From IMG/VR virus record IMGVR_UViG_3300042946_001372: DNA of 64,000 nt. The stretch is one strand, 5' to 3'. The position numbers were made by a program, and so were the translations under genes. The stretch is from an uncultured virus (IMG/VR IMGVR_UViG_3300042946_001372). Its lineage: Duplodnaviria > Heunggongvirae > Uroviricota > Caudoviricetes. Below, one piece after another: positions 39,327 to 48,684 of the stretch. Position 1 is the first letter of the stretch. Every line of letters begins with the position of its first letter. The notes beneath the pieces are model-generated. The model was not told the DNA's origin. It did no database searches and saw nothing but the letters and a program-made list of their open reading frames with translations.

Positions 39327-41312
39327 TTATGTTGTTACCGAATATTGCCCCTTCTTTGCAATTTTACCAGCTCTCAATAGGGCACCCTCAGTAACTTCCA
39401 AAAGTGCTTGTTTAACAGTTTCAGGAGATTGTAGAATGTATTCAGTAAAAGCAGGATACGATGGCATACTACTAAAATCTGGCGGAAGTTTTACTGTAAG
39501 TTCTGCAGGTATCGGAGTTTTTTCATCAAAAGAAACTTTCATGCTCATTCCTGTTGAAGTTGACTTCAACCCAGATTCATTTATAGCATTTAATATCGGT
39601 AAGAAAGATTTAGTTGAGGCTGCGTTTACAACAAATTCACCATTCGAAAGTTTGGCATCTATGGAATCGCTTGTTGATGTACCGGGACCTGTCACCAATC
39701 CTCCACTTGCTCTTCTCAATGGTCTTCTTCCCGTAGGTTCACCAAACATGTCAAAACCCGTACTTGTGAGAATTGATTTCATCATATCACCCATATCTCC
39801 TTGTTGTCTTTGTCTTTCAATCTCATAATTCTTGAAAGCATCTGGAAGTCTTTGAGTTAAATTCATTAACTCCTTAAATAATAGGTCCTCTTGCTTTTTT
39901 CGGTCCGCATCGGGTAACTTTTGAGCCTCTTTGAGTTTTTCTCTAATTTCTTCCGCATCTCTAAAATAACCTGATTTTCTCACTGCTTTAGCAAAACCCT
40001 CAGCAGATTTTCTTGTCATGTTCAAAGCATCTTCCATATTTCTCAAGAAACCTGGTTGTGTATAAATTGAAGTTTTGACTAATTCTTTAATGAATTTAAT
40101 TTCCGCATATGTTTTTTCAGCGGTGTTTAATTGGCTTTCTTGTATCTGTTGTACAGTCTTTGGTGCCTTTTCTTGTTGTTCTATAATTCTTTTGAAATCT
40201 TGTTCTTGTAAATCAACTAATTTTCTTTGATACTCATTACCCCTTTCGTCTTTTATAGAAACCTCATATTCACCTTCTTTTCCCATACTTGCAACGTTAG
40301 CAATCATTTTTTTGTCTTCTTCACTAACATTGAAAGATAATCCTGTGGTAGAAATCCTTTTCAATTTATCATCCATCTCCGCAGCAGCCAATGCAGTTCT
40401 TTTCAAGTTCTCAGCACTCAAGTCGGTTTCTGCTGCCAAAGCATTCATTGTTAGAATTCCTTGTGGACTGACTCTGAAACTTTTAGTCTTTTCATCAAAA
40501 TAGGTGAAAGACTTAGCCATATTGATTATACTATCCTGTAATCCTGATGGGTCATTTATAGATTGGTTCATCAGTTGGAACGGGTCTGTCAAATTTCCTA
40601 CTGAAACACCTAATCTTTGAAAAGCTGATGCCATTCTTACTGCATCTTCAGGGTTGAGAACTTTGTCGGCTAAAGTGAAAACTTCTTTCATATCAAACCT
40701 CAATCTCGATGCTTGTGCAGCCATTTTAGTAAACCCTAAAACTCCCTCACTGAAATTAAATCTTGCCAATTTATCTGTGTTATTCAATACATCTGAGACG
40801 ACAACTTTAGCGTTGAGTCCTATTCTTTGAACATAAACAATAGATTCTTCTAGTTTTTTGGCAATATTTTCATAAGAATACCCTGCCTCGGTAAATTCAT
40901 CGACAATTTTCGATGTTACTGTACCCAAAATTTTACTTGTTGCATATAGTTCCTCAACTTGCTCTTTTTGTGCAACTAAATTTCTTCGAGTTCCCGCAGC
41001 TATTCCTTGTATTGCTCCTCCAACTGCTTCAATACTTCCTCCTAATTTTACGATACCTGGAGTCGCTTCAGAAACAGACCTAGCCATTTCTTGTATTCTC
41101 ATTCTTGAAGCAACAAAGCTCGTATTCAGAGCCTCGGCAACTTCAGCTACGTTTGTGAGTTCTGTAGTTATTGTGGATGCAAAACCTCCTGGAGTTCTTA
41201 GTGCCTCTACATCGGTTCTAATTTTTTTAAGAACCTCAGAATATCTATTAGCAATTTGTAAATCTTCTGAGGTTATCGGCGCTTTCTCCGCCCCACTTTG
41301 CTGGAAAAACAT
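39327..41312 (-). CDS. Tape measure protein
   Basis: Helical Ala/Glu/Lys-rich 661 aa; ASGGLVTGPGTSTSDSIDAKLSNGEFVVNA motif; canonical position after tube and chaperone. Confidence 0.75.
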   Translation of the reverse strand: MFFQQSGAEKAPITSEDLQIANRYSEVLKKIRTDVEALRTPGGFASTITTELTNVAEVAEALNTSFVASRMRIQEMARSVSEATPGIVKLGGSIEAVGGAIQGIAAGTRRNLVAQKEQVEELYATSKILGTVTSKIVDEFTEAGYSYENIAKKLEESIVYVQRIGLNAKVVVSDVLNNTDKLARFNFSEGVLGFTKMAAQASRLRFDMKEVFTLADKVLNPEDAVRMASAFQRLGVSVGNLTDPFQLMNQSINDPSGLQDSIINMAKSFTYFDEKTKSFRVSPQGILTMNALAAETDLSAENLKRTALAAAEMDDKLKRISTTGLSFNVSEEDKKMIANVASMGKEGEYEVSIKDERGNEYQRKLVDLQEQDFKRIIEQQEKAPKTVQQIQESQLNTAEKTYAEIKFIKELVKTSIYTQPGFLRNMEDALNMTRKSAEGFAKAVRKSGYFRDAEEIREKLKEAQKLPDADRKKQEDLLFKELMNLTQRLPDAFKNYEIERQRQQGDMGDMMKSILTSTGFDMFGEPTGRRPLRRASGGLVTGPGTSTSDSIDAKLSNGEFVVNAASTKSFLPILNAINESGLKSTSTGMSMKVSFDEKTPIPAELTVKLPPDFSSMPSYPAFTEYILQSPETVKQALLEVTEGALLRAGKIAKKGQYSVTT

Positions 41313-41347
41313 ATTTTAGTTTTATTATAAATAGAGTAATTGTGATT

Positions 41348-41503
41348 TTACTCCTTTTGATGAGTCTCAATCCATTTATCTAAAAGATATTTTCTTACGA
41401 AAATGGGCATAATCATAAAATCAGAATAACTTATATGAAGCAACGTAGATAAGTAATATAATTCGTCTAATTGTCCTTTTCTATACTCAGAAGAAAGGGC
41501 GAA
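41348..41503 (-). CDS. Unannotated C-terminal extension of the tail chaperone (gp51/GpT-like), probably reached by frameshift
   Basis: +1 frame reads FALSSEYRKGQLDELYYLSTLLHISYSDFMIMPIFVRKYLLDKWIETHQKE*; it overlaps the chaperone end at GAA TTT TTT CGC and has no ATG near its 5' end. Confidence 0.7.
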   Translation of the reverse strand, partial: FALSSEYRKGQLDELYYLSTLLHISYSDFMIMPIFVRKYLLDKWIETHQKE

Positions 41504-42233
41504 AAAATTCAACCCCAAAACCAACGTTTACTGTTAGTCTTTCTCCTGATGGGGCTATAATTTGTTTGGTTAAATCCAATCTTGGTTCAGCATCTTGTAA
41601 GAACTTCCTAATATATTTTGAGTCCGCGATTGGCATTGACTCTACGAATTTAGCTATTTCAGCTTTATCAGAATTTCCATTTATCTCCAAAATTTGGTTT
41701 TGTAAAGTAAGAGTGATTTTAGGTGCTGGTCTTGTTGGGGGGTAACTATCGAAAATATTTTGGAGATTTGTTTGTTCTCCATAATTCATCAATTTTAGTT
41801 TCGCCTGTGCTTTGGAAACAGGTAGAGTTGTAGTAAAACTACCGTCTTCATTTGGTTCGTGAAGTGGTTTTTTTATATTCAACTCTTCCAACGAAATATT
41901 AGCTTCGAATTGTTTTTTTGTTTGTGGGTCAATTAAATTCATCATTATGTTAGGTCCAAATGATGTGTTCCTCAAAAAAATAAGAATTGCTTCAACATCC
42001 CCTTCCAATAAATCATCTATTTTAATATCAGGTTCGTAAATTTTATTTCTCAATAAAGTTCCAGTAATATCGCTTGTATTACTCATCAAAATGTTTTCAT
42101 CCGACGCTGTCAAATACCCAACTTTAACTGATTTTTTTTTGTTTTTATAAAACTTACCTCCTGATGGAAGTATTACAACATCGTGAGGTAATGAAAAATT
42201 TTGTTGTCCATAGTCTCTACTTTGGTCTTGCAT
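41487..42233 (-). CDS. Tail assembly chaperone / baseplate hub assembly protein (T4 gp26-like)
   Basis: LPSGGKFY...YLTASDENIL...DLLEGDVEAILIFLRNTSFG...EFFRP; lies between tube and tape measure. Confidence 0.75.
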   Translation of the reverse strand: MQDQSRDYGQQNFSLPHDVVILPSGGKFYKNKKKSVKVGYLTASDENILMSNTSDITGTLLRNKIYEPDIKIDDLLEGDVEAILIFLRNTSFGPNIMMNLIDPQTKKQFEANISLEELNIKKPLHEPNEDGSFTTTLPVSKAQAKLKLMNYGEQTNLQNIFDSYPPTRPAPKITLTLQNQILEINGNSDKAEIAKFVESMPIADSKYIRKFLQDAEPRLDLTKQIIAPSGERLTVNVGFGVEFFRPFF

Positions 42234-42275
42234 AAAAAAAATTTAACCGTGAAGTTTATGTCTCCACGGTTAAAT
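42234..42275 (-). terminator. Long hairpin plus U-tract between tube and chaperone genes
   Basis: ATTTAACCGTG-gagacataaactt-CACGGTTAAAT then a T-run directly abutting the chaperone ATG. Confidence 0.6.
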
Positions 42276-42305
42276 ATACAAGTTTTATTTTTAATTTAAA
42301 TACTA

Positions 42306-42794
42306 TTAGTAAACCAACACACAACGGTCTGGACGCAATCCACATGTGATATCAGCTAAAGCATCATTGCTATACGCTAATGAACCAAAGTTAGCACTTG
42401 TCAGGAAGGTTCCGTATAAAATCCATTTTTCTACGACTACTCCTGTTGGGTCCAACATCTCGAGGTCAACATCTTTTTTGTAACCCGCAGCATAACCCAT
42501 ACGACCTGTTACTGATTCAGCGTGTAAACGAACCCACTCCATCAATGCTTGAGCCGCAGACGGACCAATCGGGTCTCTGAATTTTACCTGAATTTCATCC
42601 CAATTAAATCTACCTGCAACAAATGTTGAAGTATTCAAGAATTGAATTTCGGTTGAATTTATTTTAATTGAGGGTCTTGAAGCAGATTCAACAAACCATT
42701 CATTGATACCCATGCTAGAAGGAAACCTTAAAATGAATCGATTCTGCCGTTTCGGTTCGTAGGGTAAGGGCATCTTCATCAGTAAATCAGCCAT
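42306..42794 (-). CDS. Tail tube protein (T4 gp19-like)
   Basis: EPKRQNRF...RPSI...AGRFNW...EWVR...LEMLDPTGVVVEKWILYGTF...FGSLAYS. Confidence 0.88.
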   Translation of the reverse strand: MADLLMKMPLPYEPKRQNRFILRFPSSMGINEWFVESASRPSIKINSTEIQFLNTSTFVAGRFNWDEIQVKFRDPIGPSAAQALMEWVRLHAESVTGRMGYAAGYKKDVDLEMLDPTGVVVEKWILYGTFLTSANFGSLAYSNDALADITCGLRPDRCVLVY

Positions 42795-42828
42795 ATTATA
42801 AAAATTTTAATTTCTGTGTTTATATGTT

Positions 42829-42835
42829 ATAAATA
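42829..42835 (-). promoter_or_regulatory. TATTTAT putative late-promoter motif (tube gene)
   Basis: One of about 15 intergenic sense-strand copies; 34 nt upstream of the ATG. Confidence 0.6.
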
Positions 42836-42886
42836 TAGTATTAGTGAAAATTTTTTCTATTTACTTTTATTTTAAAAAACTCATCT

Positions 42887-43714
42887 TTATTTTACTTCTT
42901 TTTTGATTCCTCCAGCTGTTGAATAAGTCTTTACTAGTTCTGGTTTATCTTTAAAAGCTTTCTTCATTACTTCTATATTCTTTAAATCGTCATCTGAAAA
43001 GCCAATTGTAGGTACTGCTGGAATAAACTTATTTACAATATCCATTTTAAGAAAACTTCTTTTATTTAGTAAAGCAGCCATCCCTTTTATATAGTCTACA
43101 AATTCTTGCATCGCAATTACCTTTCCGTGTTCGGGGTTTGTGGCACCTATATCATCACCAAAAGAAACGGGGTGGTACTTATTTAACTCCAAATATGTTT
43201 TTATAAGTTCTTCATCAGTCATATCCTGTTCTCCTGCGAAGGTTCTATATTTTTTTAAGTTTTTAATTACTTGGTTTTTGTCTATTCCTTTGAAATCGGA
43301 AACTATATAATTGTAAACTGCTTGTTTAAGAGTTCTCGGGTTGTGTCCTCGAGCAGTTATTATCGCAAAAATCGAACCATTGTTTACCGCTTCTACAAAA
43401 TCCTTCCATGCTGGACCAGGTTTAGCTTTCATAGCATCAATCAAAAATTGTTTGTCACCATCCACTCTAAAATCCTTGAAGGCGTTTGGAGCAAAATCAA
43501 CGATTGTACTCCCTTTGTATTTTAAAGGTCCTTTACCTATTTTACTTCTATATTCAGCAAAATCTTCAGTACTCATTCCAACCTCATTACCATCATCATC
43601 TAACAAATAGATTTCTGTTGGCATATGGACAATGTTGTCATCCCAATCGAATGCGTAATACTTTAAATCTGGTGTCCCCTCGGGTTTTATTCCCTCTCGT
43701 AATATTTTTTTCAT
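42887..43714 (-). CDS. HAD-superfamily phosphatase-like protein
   Basis: Motif I AFDWDDNI, motif II IITARG, conserved K, motif IV GFSDDDLKN. Confidence 0.75.
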   Translation of the reverse strand: MKKILREGIKPEGTPDLKYYAFDWDDNIVHMPTEIYLLDDDGNEVGMSTEDFAEYRSKIGKGPLKYKGSTIVDFAPNAFKDFRVDGDKQFLIDAMKAKPGPAWKDFVEAVNNGSIFAIITARGHNPRTLKQAVYNYIVSDFKGIDKNQVIKNLKKYRTFAGEQDMTDEELIKTYLELNKYHPVSFGDDIGATNPEHGKVIAMQEFVDYIKGMAALLNKRSFLKMDIVNKFIPAVPTIGFSDDDLKNIEVMKKAFKDKPELVKTYSTAGGIKKEVK

Positions 43715-43722
43715 TAGGTAAT

Positions 43723-43755
43723 AAAAAAGTGGGGGGTTTTGGACCCCCCGTTTTT
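43723..43755 (-). terminator. Intrinsic terminator after sheath gene
   Basis: GGGGGGT-ccaaa-ACCCCCC followed by acttttt on the minus strand. Confidence 0.75.
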
Positions 43756-43756
43756 A

Positions 43757-46700
43757 TTATATATTTTCAAACGAAGCACCTGTTGGTGTGATAAAGAACT
43801 CAATATCTATGAACTCCAAAGCCTTCGTTGGTTTAAGGTAAATTTTACCTGTGAGAGTGTTTCTGTCCAAGTCTTCAGGTGAAGAAGAAACAGTAACACG
43901 GAAGTCATATAAACCTCTATCTCTTCTGATTGAGTCAAGTATAGGGTTTACACTATCCAAGAATTGTTGTCTTACGATTTGGTCGTTTTGTTCAAATAAC
44001 AATCTCACTGCTACAGCTGAAATCAACTTACGAGCTTGTAACAACAATCTTCTTACATTCAATCTGTTCAAAGCTGTGTCAGCAACTTGGAGGGTTTTAT
44101 TACCCCAAATTACAGTTCCTACGTCAGCGAATGTCGCAATTGGGTTGATTCTACCTTGATAAAGTGTATCTCTATCTTGTTGAGTAAGTTTTACTCTCGC
44201 CTTGATTGAGTTTACTAAACCTCTTGTGTAACCAGCCGATGCAAACCATGGGAAAGAAATGTTATCTGTAAGAGCTAAGTTTCTACATACTTCACCTGTT
44301 GGTGGGATATAGATTTGTGTATTATTCACAGTATCTCTTACTAAAATCCATGGATAATAAGTTGCGGTGTAGTTAGAATCAATACCTGTATTATCAAGAT
44401 TGTCTACCGCTGTTTGTGGGTAAATGATTTGATTTTGGTCTGTTGAATCTGGTAGTAACATGTTATAGTCAGGGGTAGTGACAATGTAAATTGAGTCAGC
44501 TCTTTGGAACTGAATCATATCTATTGCTGCTTCTACAAGAGTTTGGTTATAAACGTAATCGATACTTGCAGTTGCAAAAACATTTATATTTGTAGATTCT
44601 GGATTTGCAAAAGTAAGAATACCAAGAAGATATGCGTAATAGTCTGTATTTGCAAATGACTGACTGTCAGCATCAACGGTGATATTTTTGAAAGTACCGA
44701 AACCAGTTGCTGTTGGATATCTTGCCGAAGTACAAGCTCCTGCCAAGTAACCAGTACCACCTAAAGCGAATCTATCTTCATTAGTCCTTCTTTCTTCATA
44801 GATGTCCCAACCGTCAAAACCACCCGCCATACAAAGTGTGAACTTTCTAGAGTAAATAAAATAATATGGATTATCCTGACTACTTGGATTAGAAGTGAAA
44901 TCAGCAACACCACATTCGAATGCTGTTTGACCACTTGTTGTGAACTCATTACCAATAGTCACCACCGTAGCACCTGAGTCCAAGTGGAAACCTTTAGTTA
45001 AACCGTTCCAAGGTGCCGATTCAGTTGCGGTACAAAAACCAACAACAGGATTCTTTTGACCTAAGTATTGCAAGAACGCATCCTCAATAGTAAATAAGTA
45101 AGAGGATGACATACCGAGATAAGTTCTACGAACAACGTCACCAGGAGAAGTAACCGTATTTGCACCACCTGCAGCAGAACCAAAAGGTGGGTCAAGAACT
45201 ACCTCTTGAGGGAAATTGTATTTTGTCTTATAGAAAATCATTGGTGCTTGAACCGCTGTACTTCCATAGATTCTTTGAGAATAACCATTGAATCCACAAG
45301 GAAGTGCGTCTACTGGAGCATTCTCAGCCATTTCAACCATAATATATCTTGAAATCAATGCGTATTCCCCATCCTGAGAACCAATTTTTTTAGCGATAAA
45401 ATTATTACTTGCTGGGTCTAAAACGCAGTTTTGGAATTTTTCAATTACGATAGGATTAGCATCTGTATCAAAAAACTGTCTTACCAAAACATCAAAAGTC
45501 ATGTTGTCAAAAGAAAGATTTGCAATTGAAATCTTCACCTCTGTGTTAGCCGCATCACCATCTGAAATCGAAATAAATCTAAATAAGTTATAAACCTTAT
45601 TACCTCTAAGTTCTGAAACTAAGAAAGGTGATTTTGGTGATTGATATCTTTGTAATTTCCAAGCAATAGAATCTGAAGCCAAACTTCTAGCCGAGTCCAA
45701 AGCAACCATATTACAATTTAAGCCACGGATATAACTTTGGTTGTAAGCATATTCTAAAGAACCTGCATACAACTCTTCAACAAAAATAGGAGTCTCAAAT
45801 CTTGGTTTATCAAAGTTACTCACTCCTAAAACTTTTGTGATAAATTGTGATGAGGTAGTAAGTAATGAATTCTCAAATGAAAATGTATTACCATCTCTTG
45901 TTACACCACTAAGTAAGAAAGTTGCAAATGGGTCTTGTGTGACACCTGAATATTGATTTGTACAAATCATATCTAAGTCTGTCGAACCTGTAACTTCGTA
46001 TATTGGACCATGATTTGGACCTGAATTATTTGTATATAAAGAAATACCTCTCGACCTCAAGGTTGCAACAACCATGTTATTATAATCAGGATAAGCAGTA
46101 CCCGAGAAATTATATATGTTTCCTGAAACAGAACCTGTAAAGGTACCTGAACCAATATCCTGTATATCATTTATGTAGAAATCCCAAGAATAACCATCAT
46201 AAGAATTATTAGCTCCTGGGTCAAATGTTGCATAGAACCATGTATCATTGTCCGATGAACTTAGGTCATTGAACGCTAAATTTAAATTATTTACTCCGAA
46301 CGCATTGTTAGTACTACTGTAAGTTGATGTGATACTATTATAATCTGCATCAGGTACAGAACCATAAAAATAAGATGATGTTGCACTCAAAGTGTTATCA
46401 CCTAAGACTTGTTGTATATAGTTGTCTAAACTCGCTTGGTAAGTGGAAGTGTTTCCATTAGATAAGATATATTGAGTTGTAAAATCATTTGATACTTCTG
46501 TAGGGAAGGTGTTACCCCAAACAGTCACGGTAGCCGTTGTTGCTGTAAATGTATTTGTAAACGAAGTCGTACCGGTTGAGTCAACGGTTGTAGGGTCTAC
46601 GTTTGCAATAGTTGTGATTGACCAAGAAGGACCCGCGTCATAACCTGATAATCCCAATACCCTTGTAACAAAAAGTTGATTTGATTGTTGTAAGTAAGAT

Positions 46701-46954
46701 TTGGCTATATAAGCAGCTTCATACTTTGGTATCTGAGTGTTTACAAATTTTACCGGTTCAGTGCCACCGAAATAGGCTTGGAACTCGTCGTAATTTGTAA
46801 TGAAGATGGGTTCAAATGCTGGACCTTTTATTGTCTCTCCTACGAGACCTAATGTTGTTACCCCCACACTCTGAGCTACGAACGATAAGTCGGTCTCAGA
46901 AGTGTAGACACCAGGTGACACATATACTTTTTGATTTACTTGTGCTGTTGCCAT
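43757..46954 (-). CDS. Contractile tail sheath protein (T4 gp18-like) with large insertion domains
   Basis: VSPGVYTSETDLS, GETIKGPAFEP, YYPWI, PWFASAGYTRG, RINPI, WGNKTLQ, LNRLNVRRLL, PTKALEFI. Confidence 0.95.
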   Translation of the reverse strand: MATAQVNQKVYVSPGVYTSETDLSFVAQSVGVTTLGLVGETIKGPAFEPIFITNYDEFQAYFGGTEPVKFVNTQIPKYEAAYIAKSYLQQSNQLFVTRVLGLSGYDAGPSWSITTIANVDPTTVDSTGTTSFTNTFTATTATVTVWGNTFPTEVSNDFTTQYILSNGNTSTYQASLDNYIQQVLGDNTLSATSSYFYGSVPDADYNSITSTYSSTNNAFGVNNLNLAFNDLSSSDNDTWFYATFDPGANNSYDGYSWDFYINDIQDIGSGTFTGSVSGNIYNFSGTAYPDYNNMVVATLRSRGISLYTNNSGPNHGPIYEVTGSTDLDMICTNQYSGVTQDPFATFLLSGVTRDGNTFSFENSLLTTSSQFITKVLGVSNFDKPRFETPIFVEELYAGSLEYAYNQSYIRGLNCNMVALDSARSLASDSIAWKLQRYQSPKSPFLVSELRGNKVYNLFRFISISDGDAANTEVKISIANLSFDNMTFDVLVRQFFDTDANPIVIEKFQNCVLDPASNNFIAKKIGSQDGEYALISRYIMVEMAENAPVDALPCGFNGYSQRIYGSTAVQAPMIFYKTKYNFPQEVVLDPPFGSAAGGANTVTSPGDVVRRTYLGMSSSYLFTIEDAFLQYLGQKNPVVGFCTATESAPWNGLTKGFHLDSGATVVTIGNEFTTSGQTAFECGVADFTSNPSSQDNPYYFIYSRKFTLCMAGGFDGWDIYEERRTNEDRFALGGTGYLAGACTSARYPTATGFGTFKNITVDADSQSFANTDYYAYLLGILTFANPESTNINVFATASIDYVYNQTLVEAAIDMIQFQRADSIYIVTTPDYNMLLPDSTDQNQIIYPQTAVDNLDNTGIDSNYTATYYPWILVRDTVNNTQIYIPPTGEVCRNLALTDNISFPWFASAGYTRGLVNSIKARVKLTQQDRDTLYQGRINPIATFADVGTVIWGNKTLQVADTALNRLNVRRLLLQARKLISAVAVRLLFEQNDQIVRQQFLDSVNPILDSIRRDRGLYDFRVTVSSSPEDLDRNTLTGKIYLKPTKALEFIDIEFFITPTGASFENI

Positions 46955-46988
46955 TATTAAATTATTCTATTGCAGATTTATTTTACTG

Positions 46989-46995
46989 ATAAATA
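46989..46995 (-). promoter_or_regulatory. TATTTAT putative late-promoter motif (sheath gene)
   Basis: Intergenic, 34 nt upstream of the ATG, the same spacing as for the tube gene. Confidence 0.6.
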
Positions 46996-47044
46996 TTCTA
47001 ATAATTATGAAAAAACTTTGATTTATAATATCTATTTGATAGTA

Positions 47045-47073
47045 GGCAGAATAAATTCTACCTTTTTTCTACC
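47045..47073 (+). promoter_or_regulatory. Operator-like heptamer array directly upstream of RHH gene
   Basis: GGCAGAA-taaa-TTCTACC-tttt-TTCTACC-ATG: one inverted and two direct copies at an 11-bp period. Confidence 0.45.
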
Positions 47074-47235
47074 ATGAAAAAGAAACGAGAAATAAAGAAT
47101 ATCAAAATAGACCCTGCTGTCCACGATTTACTAAAAACCTATTGTGAAAAAAGGGGAATAAAAATTTATAAGTTTTTGGAAAACTTGATAATAGAAAAGT
47201 GTAAAGAAAAGAAAGATATATACGGAGAGAATTAA
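47074..47235 (+). CDS. Ribbon-helix-helix (CopG/Arc-like) DNA-binding protein, 53 aa (not in ORF track)
   Basis: MKKKREIKNIKIDPAVHDLLKTYCEKRGIKIYKFLENLIIEKCKEKKDIYGEN: alternating beta-strand, helix, G-turn, helix pattern; fills an otherwise empty gap. Confidence 0.75.
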   Translation: MKKKREIKNIKIDPAVHDLLKTYCEKRGIKIYKFLENLIIEKCKEKKDIYGEN

Positions 47236-48272
47236 AATAGACTGTTTTCCAAACCTATAACAGCATCTTTAGTATTATCAAGTTTTACAACAATTACTTC
47301 CAGTATATCTTGGTTGGTTACCTGAATCAAAGGAACGTTCGTTCCATAAAAATCACCATTTATATAAACATCGTAAGAGTCAACGTTCGTGAGATTTATA
47401 ATTTTCATGTCCGCGGTGAAATAAATTTTATCGGTCAAAGTTGTATTACCCACAACAAACAAAAGTTCAGATGGGAATGATTGTGGTGACTTTGGCCAAA
47501 CTTCTCTTCTCCTACCAAGATTACTACCATCAATTTCAAAAACCTGAGCCATTCTTTGTATGGCGGGTTTGACTTGGAATTCTTCTTCGTCTATCAAATA
47601 TCCTAACATAATGAACTCATATGATTGAATATAAAATTTTCTAGAATCAATATTGAGTTGAGACTCATCCGAAATATTCTGCATTATTATAGGAACATAC
47701 TGACCTTTAATGAAAGTATATGCCTGTCTTGATGCAAAAGTTTGTAAAACATTTTTGTTCAGTTGATTCAACTCTCTCATCCTGTTACAAATTATTTTCA
47801 CAGAATAAGTAACATCTACAGGAACGGGTTGTGGGATTGTGTATATATCCATACCCTGCATGTTTCCATCCCAAGTGGGAACTGACGCATAATAAAATTG
47901 TTTTCTATTCGGTATATTCCATCTAAGAGCCGGATTGGTACCGTACTTCACTTCGGGGGTTCTTACAACGGTAACGAAAGGAGGTTCAGGATTATTATCT
48001 AAATCTACAAACTTCCAAGTTTCAACATATTGAGACCAGTTTTGTGTAGTGAGTATAATATCTAAAACAGGGATTGTCTTACCAGCGGTCACTACTTTCA
48101 ATTCGTTTTTAACAAAGTCCAACATACCTCTGTCTAAGTCCGCATGTAAAACTGACTTTGGTAAATAAGTTCCATCTTTGTTTATATATTCCAAAAGTTC
48201 TTCTCTTCTAGAATACAAAGTTTTTTTTGGAACTAACGGTAAAGTTGGTTTAACTTGTTTAGGTAATGGCAT
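47232..48272 (-). CDS. Tail terminator / sheath stabiliser-like (T4 gp15-like) protein
   Basis: PQPVPVDVTYSVKIICNRMRELNQLN pattern; located between neck gene and sheath. Confidence 0.55.
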   Translation of the reverse strand: MPLPKQVKPTLPLVPKKTLYSRREELLEYINKDGTYLPKSVLHADLDRGMLDFVKNELKVVTAGKTIPVLDIILTTQNWSQYVETWKFVDLDNNPEPPFVTVVRTPEVKYGTNPALRWNIPNRKQFYYASVPTWDGNMQGMDIYTIPQPVPVDVTYSVKIICNRMRELNQLNKNVLQTFASRQAYTFIKGQYVPIIMQNISDESQLNIDSRKFYIQSYEFIMLGYLIDEEEFQVKPAIQRMAQVFEIDGSNLGRRREVWPKSPQSFPSELLFVVGNTTLTDKIYFTADMKIINLTNVDSYDVYINGDFYGTNVPLIQVTNQDILEVIVVKLDNTKDAVIGLENSLF

Positions 48273-48273
48273 C

Positions 48274-48684
48274 TTACTGAGTTATGTAAATTTTATTTTT
48301 CATATTCACCATTTCAACTTCTTCTGCAAAATAAACTGGCTTGTCTGTACCTTTGAGTACGAATGTATCATTCACATATGGATTATAGGTCACAATCAAA
48401 TCACTATAAGGTTCCTCAATTCTATCACAAGGAAATTCACAAAAATCCAAAAGTGTACCTATGACAAAAGCATGTACATTTTTTCTTTTCTCATCTCTAA
48501 CTCTTTCTTTTCCACCTGGTCTAACTCTGAACTCAACGTCTTTCAATCTAACGTAGTCAGCATGCATTATAACCTTTCCCAAATATGAAATTGAAAATGT
48601 CTCCCTGTTCAAGTTATAGTAGACCATAACTCTTTGTCCCATAAATAATGAGTCAAATTGTGACTCTGTAATTATCAATTTCAT
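48274..48684 (-). CDS. Conserved phage hypothetical protein with N-terminal KLIITESQ tag
   Basis: VYYNL...FSI...V.L.DVEF.V...G..RV..E.RKNVHAFVIG pattern. Confidence 0.7.
   Translation of the reverse strand: MKLIITESQFDSLFMGQRVMVYYNLNRETFSISYLGKVIMHADYVRLKDVEFRVRPGGKERVRDEKRKNVHAFVIGTLLDFCEFPCDRIEEPYSDLIVTYNPYVNDTFVLKGTDKPVYFAEEVEMVNMKNKIYITQ

Noticed and set aside
16219..46954. Bacterial contractile injection system / T6SS / tailocin locus
   Set aside because: Interleaved with phage replication genes (PolB, helicase, SSB, UvsX, RNR) and neck proteins, with no bacterial housekeeping context.
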